Shown here: one piece after another, positions 53,421 through 64,000 of the stretch | Numbering within the stretch: position 1 is the first letter of the stretch | Layout of the letters: each line of letters opens with the position of its first letter | From: Rotaria socialis | Lineage: Eukaryota | Length of the DNA: 64,000 bases | Assembly: GCA_905331295.1 (NCBI GenBank) | Contig: CAJNYD010000056.1 | Coordinates: 124,001 to 188,000, forward strand | Direction: 5' to 3' | The notes under the pieces: generated by a model | What the model was told of the DNA's origin: nothing | The model's input: only the letters and a program-made list of their open reading frames with translations | Databases searched by the model: none | Translations under genes and position numbers: made by a program

Positions 53421-54338
53421 ATGGGCTGTACAAAAGCTGATCACTATCAACGACCAAATAGCAATAATAACCAAGTCATTCCATCTCAAGGTCAAAGAGC
53501 TAGTGTTCAAACTGAACCAGTAAGTTGATTGTTATTACTGTTGTCAATCTAAATAAAAAACTCGCTTGAATCTCAAAATATGCTTCGATTCGATGACGAT
53601 TCATCGATATTTATATTTTTTCTTTGTTCTTCCAAATATGATGTTTTTTATTTGATTCGAGAAATTATCAAAGAGAATTAGTCGATAGCTCTTTGTGTCT
53701 ATGAACAAAAGCGTCTCTCTTACATTGTTTCTAAATAGCCAATGGCCATGAGTAGATAAAAAGAAGAAATATATAAATTTTATTTATGACTGATCGTATT
53801 AGTCGACTGAAACTTTTTCTTCATTCTCGTCATTGGATAAGAAAAAAATATTTCCATTTCATTTTTATTCTTCTGGTTATTCTTTCCATGGCAATTCAAA
53901 CTACTGACACAGTTTCGGTATTCTTTAAAAATTCAATTAGAGAATTATTTTGCTATTCTATGTAGATAAATTCTTTTTATTTATATTTAGAATTACAATT
54001 CAAATGTATTACTAAAGGTGATGGAACACCAGCAATTTTTAACAGACATCACAAAACAATTTTTATCAGGTTTCAAAACGGAAGTTGAATGGGCGAATAA
54101 TGTACAAGAAAAAACAACTGTGTTAATAGCTGACGTTCAACAGATCAAAGTTTAATTTTTGTTGTACCTCAAACCGAATTAAAAATTGTTGATGAGAAGA
54201 ATATAAAAGATGAACTTAACGTTTTTTTGCTTTTCAATAAGTTTAAACTAGAAGATTAACAACTGATGAAAATAACGAACTATTTGATCTCATTTGTTCA
54301 TTTAGATAGACAGCCAAAGAACTTTTGAAGATCGTTAG
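53421..54338 (+). CDS. Small orphan multi-exon gene with an MGC N-terminus (model tentative)
   Basis: Exon 53421-53519 (MGCTKADHYQRP...QTEP|gtaag), in-phase exon 53991-54149 and last exon 54306-54338. Additional micro-exons are possible. Confidence 0.5.
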
Positions 54339-55888
54339 CATACCAGTTAAAACATTCAGTATTTTATTCACGACTACAAGTAACGAATTGAAAGAATATT
54401 TATTATATGCAATTGTAGATACCCCTTCTTACTTTCGAATCGAATTGTGAAGTTAAAATTAAAGGACTGTTTCTTGGATAGACCGCACATTTCATTAAAT
54501 ACGAAATCGACGAATGCTTACTAAAATAATTTTGCTGAAAAATTGTCGAATTATTTTTCAGTTCTGTAGTATTCATCGAACAAATTCTAAAAGGGTCAGT
54601 TGAAAAGTAAATAGTTGTTCTGTTAAGATGAAGATCAATCTTAAAGAATTTCAATAATTATTAGATAGGCTCGAATTTTGTGCAGAATACGCTCTGATGC
54701 TTCCTAAACCAGAAATCCTGAATTTCTGAAATCTGTCAGTCTAAGATAAACTATTACAGTGTTTACCAAATGTTCAATAAAATTATTCATGCCAATAAAA
54801 ATCAAATATCTGCATATTCGTAGTATTCGAAATAGAATACTTTCAAATGTCTAATTTCAAGTATTTATTTATTTCATTAGATAGATCCTCCAAAAGTTGT
54901 GTTTCTTACCGGATATGATTGTCAAATATGATCTCGTGAAAGAAGAATCAATCTTTTGCTCAGATGGGTCTTGACGTAAAGACAACTATTTCGATGATGT
55001 TTAAATCATGTTTGTGATTTTCCAAAAAAATGAAAACAACATGTACCATGACTAATCTCAAATCATTTAATGACCAAGAAATGTCAGCTCTATTTCGTAT
55101 TACTTGGACACAAGATTGAAAATAATAATTCTTCTTATGAGAACATACGAAGAAGTTTTTCTCCACCATAATCAATAATATATTTTGCTTGAATATGCAA
55201 CGATAAAGACTGATAGCATCCTGTGGTACTGACAGGAATATCTGAATTATTACATATTTGCGTTACTTTCGCATAAAACAATGATGTTCTGTATTGTGTA
55301 CACACTTACACCACTAGTTTTTGATTCTACTAAAAATTCAGAATTTTTTTCGAGAAATTGAATTTGCCGTAAATTCAAATACCCCAGAATATGTTCAAGA
55401 CAGTGATTTCGAAACACAAAACTAGACTTTATTGAACCAAAGAAGTGCTTTCTTCGAAAGGGTTCAGATCGATCCTTTGTTTAAGGATGCGCTTATTAGA
55501 ATACACAAAAACTATTTAGAAATGTATCACAATCCATCACTTTTATCAACAAGTTATTCATGCTACTTTAAATTAAGATTCAAGTTTTCTTCATTCACTG
55601 AAATGTTCAGATTGACTTTCTTTTTTGTTCAATTACTTTCTATCTATCGCAATGTCTTCTAATAGATTCTGTGATTGTAGAAATAAAAAATATTTTGTTT
55701 GTTAATATAATAAAAATTGTTAGTTTCCTTAAATAAGAATGTATCCAAATGGACATTTATTTTTGTCTCCGTTGTTCTTTTTCTTATGACACACTCGAAA
55801 GAAAATATTCAAATATATACTGGTTCTGTCAGACTAGAACGAAGAAAAACAATATTCAACAGAAATAATGAGATGAAAAAATAAAATT

Positions 55889-57535
55889 TCAGTCAATATT
55901 TTTATATCTAAAAGCAAGAGTTGGTTTTTGCATTTCATAATGAAAACCAATAGTAGGTGTCATTTTAACAATTTCATTCAAAACACATTCAATAAATTGT
56001 GTTGTTGTTGCTGTACCACCAATATCTGGAGTTTTGATATTATGCTCTTGAATTGTATTTAAAACAGCTTTTTTTATAACTGAACAATGTTGATCTAATC
56101 TGAAAAATATTATTTCTTTTCATATATATGAAAAGAGAAAATTCAATAAATTTACCCTAAATATTTCAGCATATTGGCAGCAGCAAAAAGAATACCAGAT
56201 GGATTTGCAATGTTTTTTCCGGCAATGCCTACACCTGTATTTCTAGTACCTTGTTCAAATATAGCATAATGATCACCATAATTTGAACCAGCAACGAAAC
56301 CTGAACCACCAACAAGACCAGCACATATATTTGATACAATATTTCCATATAAATTAGGCATAACCATAACATCAAATTGTGTTGGTCGATTAACTAATTG
56401 CATACACGTATTATCGACAATCATTGTATCAAACTTAATATTGGAATATTCAGCAGCTACTTCTCGACAGCAATCAATAAATAGACCATCACTCAATTTC
56501 CTGTTTACAAAAAGGAAAAACCAATTCTCATAAATGATCAATTTATTTGAAAATCTTTAAATTTGATTTACATTATATTTGCTTTATGAACAGCTGTTAC
56601 TTTTTTTCGTTCAGCATGTTTGGCAATTTCAAATGCAAAACGAGCAATTTTAAGAGATTTTGCTCGTGTGATAACTATAAAATGAAATAAAATAAAAATG
56701 ATTTATTTTTCAAATAGTACAAAATATGAAAATTAACCTTTGAGACTCTCAACAACACCAGGAACTGACTTGAAAAAGAAATCAAGATTAAATCAATTTA
56801 GAAATATATAATATGCATACTAACCTCATGTTCAAGTGAACTATATTCACCTTCCGTGTTTTCACGAATAACGAGGATATCAATGTCGGAATGACGTGTA
56901 GGCACGACAGGATTTGTTTTACAACGAACCACATTAGCAAATAAATTAAGACGCGTACTAAAGTATATTATATATTAATTTTCATATTGTTCTTATTGAT
57001 GACAAGAAAAAATAAATATTACCGTAACAGAACATTAAGAGAATTTGTTGTATTTTGTGATGCAAGGTTACCTAGTCACATTAAAGACATAGCTATGATC
57101 AAATTTTCTAAGAACTAACCTTTAAGTGCTACTCCATTACGTTTAACAGCCATAACAGCTCTTTCAAACATTTCATCACTAGCTACATGACTTGTCAATG
57201 GTATATCCTCAAAATCAATCGGTGCTCGTACACATCTGAAGTATTAATTCAATCATAAATTCAATTATAAAATGTAAAAATGTTTTCTCTTTTTACCGAA
57301 TAGTAGCTTTAACATGTTCCATAAGTTCGGGTCCTACACCATCTCCATGTATTAACGTAACTGTATATTTACCACCGTAAGCTGTTCTCCAAGGTGTATT
57401 TAACTAGAATGCATGCATCAATATATATTAGTATGAATGTAAAAATCAACTACCTACATGAGTACTCAACGATCGTTGTACATACACAATCGAAGAGAAT
57501 ATATGACGGGTGTTGGTTTTTAGAATAGACTGCAT
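55889..57535 (-). CDS. IDH3G: NAD-dependent isocitrate dehydrogenase subunit gamma, mitochondrial, ~9 exons
   Basis: [100 protein letters not shown]. Non-catalytic subunit pattern closest to gamma. Confidence 0.9.
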
Positions 57536-58910
57536 TTGTTTAAAAAAAAAAGACCTAAATACACATTATCAAAATAAATATGACAGGAAGCAGTAACAAT
57601 AAACAAAAAAATAGGTAACGAATGAATGAAAACCAATCGTATTCTATTCGTTCGTTTTTTCTTCCATTAGCCATCAATAGTTATCGATTGTTTGGTTGGC
57701 TTATTTTGTAGGACGAAGCTTACATAGATGCCGCATTTTTCTATGTAAAAATAACTAATGAATGAATTCGAATTTCGTTCCATGGATTTGAATACTTCTT
57801 ATGTTACTCTTGTTGACTAAACTTCACAATCATAAATAAATGTGCAAATACTAAGAAATACTAAAATATAGGCGATTATTGTATGGATATTCATTCGTAG
57901 TATTTTTTGTACATTATCATTACGGGTAACAATTCAACTATTTATTGATAACGTATGTTAAAGCATCGTAGACAAACTACAATAAAAAAAAAACGTGAAC
58001 TGTATCGGGCTCCAGAGAATGTTTTTAAGCGTTAGCGTTTGAGTTATATTAGTGCAATAGTCAGACATTTATTCGAAGCAAGTTAATTCATGAAATATTA
58101 CATAATAAACAAAGATGTGATGAAAAAACTTCTACCATTCGCTCGATTTTCAATGAGTTTTAGTGATTGTTCACCATCTTTAATAGCGTTTTTACTCAAA
58201 ATATTGTTATTTTTGTTTCCGAACAAACATACAGAGAAATATGTTTTATTACAATATTAACTGTTCACTTTTTAGTCATGCAATTACTTTTTTTAATCCC
58301 ATAAGATTATCAAGTATCGACATCAATTAGATATTGCTAAACTATATTGACTTCATTGGCAAGAACAACTGATTTGTGTTAGTGTTGCTATAATAAAACC
58401 TTTTCAAATTCTGTTTTATTTATGATGCGTCTCAAAAAAATTTCCATAACGACGGCTCTCGTATTGACATTCAGTGTATCGTTACCAAATGATATGATTT
58501 TTTTAAAGGGTTACAAAGAAAGAAAGAAAAAATACGAGTTGATGAATTGCATACCGACACAAACAGAACATTGAAAATTCTACACGTGTCATTTCAACTT
58601 TTTCTTCACATGCAAGTGGCTAAAACATTGATGATTGTTTATCTTGAATCATTCGGTGACTTTACAGGAAGAAAATATCTCGATGCTAGTTTGGCTAATT
58701 TATCGGTTAAAACTAGTATATGAAAAATTTATGGTAAGCGACTGAATGTTTTAATAATTTCTTTTTTGAATTAATTAGTTTTTGCATACATGTGGAAATC
58801 TAACATGTGATTTGTTTTTATCATGTTTATACAGACAAGTTGTATTCCTGTCGAATGGAAAAGTTTACTTCAATTATTTGAATCAAAGTTTTCCGTCAAT
58901 TTCTATTAGA

Positions 58911-61274
58911 ATGGGTATTGGTTCATTAAGTTCTTCCAATAATCAAAGTAGCAATAGCAATGGTACAACAATCAACGAGTCAGATCGAAGACTGTCACTC
59001 GATTTTCAATACATTGATCAAAATAAATTTATAAAAAAAGAAAATCGCATTCGTTTTCGACCAACAGATACGATTTGTGACATTGCCAACAGCTTTCTAG
59101 CACTTGATGAACAAGATGAAATCTCTCCCGATAAAATTGCATTGGTGTCAGTTTCTCTAGGTGGACGATGCTGTGAGGTACCTAAACAGAATGTTCGCAT
59201 GACGTTGCACAAATTAGGAATCAAAAGTGGATCGCTGTTATGCTTTGAACCATTGAAAGTTGGAAATCGTTGCAAATTATCGCAACTAATATTATTTTCA
59301 CCAAATTATAATGAGACCGAAAACTATGAATGGGACGAAAGATTGACAACAGTTAATATTCTTCTTGATGATGTCATCCATATATTTTCTTTGGATTGGG
59401 TTAAACGTGATTTTATCCAAATCTGCACGTTCTCTAACGAAAATCTCAATCGATCAGATAAATTAGGAAAAAAATTAAGTGATTTAGGTCTGAGTAGTTA
59501 CTCGTCAATATTTGTCACTATCACGAAACTTGACTTTTCCTATGATAATAAACAAGATGAATATCTACGTGTTCAAAGTAATGCACATGGTGAAATATCA
59601 TTTTATGCGTCACTTACAGATACTCTTATCGAACTTAAAAGTCAAATTTTACGTCGGTTCCCACCATGCTATTGTGTTCATGTTGAATTTAGTGATGCAA
59701 AAGATGTAACCTTACTTGAAAAAGATTTGAAAAGAAAGTTAGAATATTTGCTTGTCAAGTCTAACACTATCATTAATGTAACTGTTACAGAGGATCTTCA
59801 AACAAAAACAGCGGCAACTATTAATCAAGAAACTGAAAGCTTACCATTACCATCGGCGAATACGGAATCCATAGACCGATCTGTGACTGATTTTAATATC
59901 AAATATGGCAGTAAAATTTATACAAAGGTGATAGACATGCAGTCAAACATTCCCGCGACGATACGCAACCAGATCAACTTGTCAGCTAGATCGTTGAGCA
60001 CGTGTCAAACTGATTTAAAGCCACTTGGATTAGAAAATCTTGGTAATACATGTTTTATGAATAGTGCACTTCAATGTCTTATTCATATCGCAGCGTTGAC
60101 TGAATTTTTTTTGGATGGTTTTCAACAAGTTCATACATCTGCAGACCATGCTGATGCTTACAATCCATTTGATTCTTGTGGAGAAATGACGGGAGCTTAT
60201 GCAGAGCTAATCTGGAATATGCGACGAACCGATCGTAGGGACCTAGATTATAATCGTTCATTTAAACCAACACGAATGAAGGAAACAATTGGATATTTTT
60301 CACCTAGTTTCGCCACATCAGATCAACAGGATGCTCAAGAATTCATCACGTTTCTGCTAGATGCCATACACGAAGAATTAAAAGAAAAAAATAAAGCCAA
60401 TCGAAATACAATTGTTCAAAAGCTCTTTTTTGGAACTTTACAATCTAAAGTGACTTGTCTTAAATGTAATCATGTCAAATCTACCACAAACTACATCAGT
60501 TTTCTGCCAATATCACTAAATCATCAACAGCGAAGATTTTTAGTAAACTTTGTCACGAAAGATGGTACTCAAGAACGTACTATGATCAATGTAAATAGGG
60601 ATGGAAGAGTTGGAGATCTGGTGCAACAATTTCTTGAGTTTTATCACCTTTCTCATCTATTTAATCGAATTATCGTCATAGGAGGACTGTCAGAAGGGCA
60701 ACTTCAATTCGATACTCTCCTCAAACAATTATCTGAAGACGAAGTAACACTTATTGAACACGACGATTACATAATTCGTATGGAATCGAATCGATTTGAT
60801 GCAGAAATCAACAAGTTGAGACTTGAAGAATGTCTTCAAGGATTTATTTCACTCGAAGAACTTGATGATCTATGGTTTTGTCAAGAAAAAACTTGTGAAC
60901 AAAGCACGACGGCAACCAAACAACTAAGATTCAACAGTCTTCCGCGTGTAGCTATTATTCAACTTAAAAGATTTTCATATTCGAATGGTTTACGTCGAAA
61001 ATTAGATACATTTGTAGATTATCCTACTGATGAACTTGATCTCAGTGACTTATTGTCATCATCGAACAAAGAAAAGGCCATCTATGATTTGATTGCTGTT
61101 AGTAATCATATTGGATCTATCTCTAGTGGTCATTATACTGCATATGCACGACAAGAGCCAAATGTAGATGAATGGTACGAATTCGATGACGCCTATGTAT
61201 CAAAGATTCATTCAACCTGTAAAATCGTATCAAAAGATGCCTATCTTCTTTTCTACGTTAAACGGACGAAATAA
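58911..61274 (+). CDS. Ubiquitin-specific protease (peptidase C19, USP4/11/15-like catalytic domain) with long N-terminal extension; intronless CDS
   Basis: Cys box GLENLGNTCFMNSALQCL, QQDAQEF, CxxC zinc ligands, QLKRF, His box HIGSISSGHYTAYA, WYEFDD and AYLLFY. The likely ATG is 58911, after a splice acceptor. Confidence 0.92.
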   Translation: MGIGSLSSSNNQSSNSNGTTINESDRRLSLDFQYIDQNKFIKKENRIRFRPTDTICDIANSFLALDEQDEISPDKIALVSVSLGGRCCEVPKQNVRMTLHKLGIKSGSLLCFEPLKVGNRCKLSQLILFSPNYNETENYEWDERLTTVNILLDDVIHIFSLDWVKRDFIQICTFSNENLNRSDKLGKKLSDLGLSSYSSIFVTITKLDFSYDNKQDEYLRVQSNAHGEISFYASLTDTLIELKSQILRRFPPCYCVHVEFSDAKDVTLLEKDLKRKLEYLLVKSNTIINVTVTEDLQTKTAATINQETESLPLPSANTESIDRSVTDFNIKYGSKIYTKVIDMQSNIPATIRNQINLSARSLSTCQTDLKPLGLENLGNTCFMNSALQCLIHIAALTEFFLDGFQQVHTSADHADAYNPFDSCGEMTGAYAELIWNMRRTDRRDLDYNRSFKPTRMKETIGYFSPSFATSDQQDAQEFITFLLDAIHEELKEKNKANRNTIVQKLFFGTLQSKVTCLKCNHVKSTTNYISFLPISLNHQQRRFLVNFVTKDGTQERTMINVNRDGRVGDLVQQFLEFYHLSHLFNRIIVIGGLSEGQLQFDTLLKQLSEDEVTLIEHDDYIIRMESNRFDAEINKLRLEECLQGFISLEELDDLWFCQEKTCEQSTTATKQLRFNSLPRVAIIQLKRFSYSNGLRRKLDTFVDYPTDELDLSDLLSSSNKEKAIYDLIAVSNHIGSISSGHYTAYARQEPNVDEWYEFDDAYVSKIHSTCKIVSKDAYLLFYVKRTK

Positions 61275-63145
61275 ACTTAATTTCAATCAGTTGACTTTTT
61301 CCGTAGAATTGTACTTCATGAGTTGAAATCAACTACATTCAATATGTCTTCCAAAGTTCAATGATCAATCATCATTCAACATAGATATCATAAATGCACA
61401 AATTTATATAGTAAATATTGAACGATAAAGTTACGGAAGCTTCAATCCAACAGTTGCCAATTGAGTTTAAATGATAACAAACAAATAATTTGAATTTAGT
61501 TAGTGCAGAAAAAACTTTTCTCTTTCAATAGGAAATTTGTTTGAAAAAATCAATTCGTCGATATCTGGCTACTGAACATTCTTATTGAGAAATATTTTTA
61601 CTATTAACAAAAAACCAAACTTTTAAAAATAACTCTGAAATATGTGATCTTACGAGTGAATGATACATTTTTCGAAAAACACAATTTGTGTGAAAAGATT
61701 ATTTGCATTATATTTATTTAAACTGCATCTTCGAAAATATTTTACTAGTGAAATAGTATTAATCGAGAGCTGCTTCTTTCTGTGACATTACTGCTGGGTT
61801 TCGCCGAGTTTTAAGGATAGTTTCAATAACAAAAGTACGAAAATTCTAACCTTCGGAAGGTTAATCATTTTAATGAGATCTCAGAAATGATCAGATAATA
61901 AATGATATAATAGAGAGTTGTGATGATCCGACAACATCTTATGATTGCCATCTGTTATAAAACATGCATCGGACTATTATCTTTGTTATAAAGACCTTTC
62001 TTGCGACAAAAAAAACGAATTAAAAAATAACTGTATTGAATTTGATTGGATCATTAGCGGAACATTGTTACATGCTTTGCAACCGATAGAGACAAACAAG
62101 TAGCCATCTCAATGTATAGACAATTAATTTTGATTTTATTGTAAAATATATTCATTGTTTAGTTTGGTTTTTTCATGTTTGAGATGATGGATTTATCTTT
62201 ATTTATGGTAAACTTATATGTAAATAATGAGAACTAAACTCTTTCAATAAAGATCAAATATAGGTAAATGAAATTTCCTAGCGACGTATGACCCAGTAAG
62301 TTTTTTCAAGAAATTTCAACACAGATTTTTTTTTCTATCACAATAATAAGTTAGAGAGGAATCATTTATTAAATTGCTTTACGATCGGTTATCATGTGCC
62401 TTGAGATGATACTCGACATGTATCTAGAGTCATGACCGTGAACTGCAAAGCATTATTAGTACTGAACTTTTACGTATTTTTTGTCAACGTTTAATGTGTT
62501 TAAAGGGGATAAATAAAAGATGACACTCAACATCACATGGATGAACAAACTATAATAGCAGACTTCTACAATAACTTTTCAATATACTTTAATAGAACTC
62601 GGATCACATCGATAAATATCATTATTTTTTCGACAATTTGCACCAAATATTCAAATATCAGATGATTTTTTCCTTGTGGGTGAACGAAGTCTTTTTTTTA
62701 ATTTTCTTACGCAAAAATATCAATTTAAAAACTAATCGAAATGCACTGTTTCATGTTGAGAAATGAAGATATTGTAATTCAATAATCTTTTTCCAGAAAA
62801 CTATCATCACATAAATTATGCATAGATCCAAAATAGAAACTAACATTTCATTGAAAATGAAAGTGTCAGTTAAAATTTTCTCAATTTTTATTTATTCATC
62901 AGTATACAATGATAAAACCAATCGTTTCCAAATAAACTTCAACACACGTACGCATTGCACAAATTTTTCGAAAAGAATAAATAAGTTAAAATATTTTTAT
63001 AATGTATTGATTTCACCCATTATGTTGATACGTCGATTTTGACATTTTTTCACAGAAATTTCTTTCGCTACCTAAAACTATTTCATAGAAATCTTTTATC
63101 CATTTAAAGAAAAATCGATGTAACCTGTTCTTTCAATTGTTTAGT

Positions 63146-63245
63146 NNNNNNNNNNNNNNNNNNNNNNNNNNNNNNNNNNNNNNNNNNNNNNNNNNNNNNN
63201 NNNNNNNNNNNNNNNNNNNNNNNNNNNNNNNNNNNNNNNNNNNNN
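63146..63245. other. Assembly gap (N run)
   Basis: Run of N abutting a repeat copy. Confidence 0.99.
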
Positions 63246-63493
63246 TTTTTTGAAAAATCCCTGTACCCTCCCTCAGGGATGGTCTGGTCAATAATGACAA
63301 TTTTTTCGATAACTCAACCATTTCTTGACGGATCCTTCTCATCTTCGAACTCGACTGAGACATTGATCAGGCTGAGCTGTGTAGAAAATTTCATCATGAT
63401 CTAACTCTCCTTTCGAAAGTTATCGTGTAAACGGCCGGCCGGACGGACACACTGACCGATTCTAGAGTGTACTCACGTTTTGAGTACACAAAA
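63246..63493. mobile_element. Second copy of the Helentron/DINE-like element at 9165-9515
   Basis: Near-identical to 9270-9515, with terminal hairpin gtgtactcacgttttgagtacac followed by A residues. Confidence 0.75.
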
Positions 63494-63664
63494 AGAACTT
63501 ATTAGCTGTGAAATACTAATCATCATCTGTAATACCAGCACAATGTACGAATGAGAAACATAAATAGCAAACTAATTTTCCTTTCATAAAGTATTCAACT
63601 TCAAATATAAATCCATACAATTTTCTCTTGTGACTTTCTACCCAAGCATCAAAGCAAAACAACA

Positions 63665-64000
63665 ATGAGCGATGACATTATTACACGATTGGCCCTCATC
63701 TCTCTTCAACTCAATCGAATTGTACCAATATTTCAAATTGAATTTGGCACAGTCGGAAATATCATGAATATTCTTATTTTTACACGTCGATCTCATCGTA
63801 ACAATCCATGCTTGCTTTATTTTTTGGCATCATCGTTCAATAACATCTTTGTCTTATATATTGCTGCGTTGACACGTTTTCTTTCAAGTGGCTGGAAAAT
63901 AGATCAAACCATTTCAAATACTGCTCTTTGCAAATTAAGAATATTTTGTTGTCTATTCTTCTCTTGCTCTCATTCAATGGTTTATGGCTCTTGCAAGTAT
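63665..64000 (+). CDS. Rhodopsin-like GPCR, 5' part, runs off the window; apparent frameshift at ~63947
   Basis: FGTVGNIMNILIFTRRSHRNNPCLLYFLASS...LCKLRIF. The TM3 continuation VVYSSLALIQWFMALAS is in the +1 frame. Confidence 0.8.
   Translation, partial: MSDDIITRLALISLQLNRIVPIFQIEFGTVGNIMNILIFTRRSHRNNPCLLYFLASSFNNIFVLYIAALTRFLSSGWKIDQTISNTALCKLRIFCCLFFSCSHSMVYGSCKY

Noticed and set aside
58782..58910. N-terminal 43 codons of the 830 aa ORF
   Set aside because: Starts at a non-ATG codon in intron/UTR-like sequence; ATG 58911 after an AG acceptor is more plausible.

Overview
AT-rich eukaryotic DNA with many short (~50-70 bp) GT-AG introns. The gene families and repeats suggest a bdelloid rotifer (inference, not verified). 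I reconstructed spliced genes by hand: ODF2/cenexin-like, the 3' half of NUS1, Ashwin, a class C-type 7TM receptor, two tandem stomatin/MEC-2-like genes, an achaete-scute bHLH, a divergent calcineurin B, a eukaryotic-type UDP-galactopyranose mutase (UGM), two nuclear receptors (one with only the DNA-binding exons visible), two rhodopsin-type GPCRs, IDH3 gamma, a USP deubiquitinase and an orphan MGC-start gene. Intergenic DNA is dense with decayed or nested DNA transposons (MITEs, mariner, Tc1-like, hAT, EnSpm-like, Helentron/DINE-like) and one tRNA-derived CORE-type SINE. The strongest finding is the intact, intron-bearing UGM, which implies galactofuranose synthesis in an apparently non-nematode animal. 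Others are exon-restricted near-identity between the stomatin paralogs, the SINE and the 5'-less NUS1. All family calls come from remembered motifs; no database search was run.
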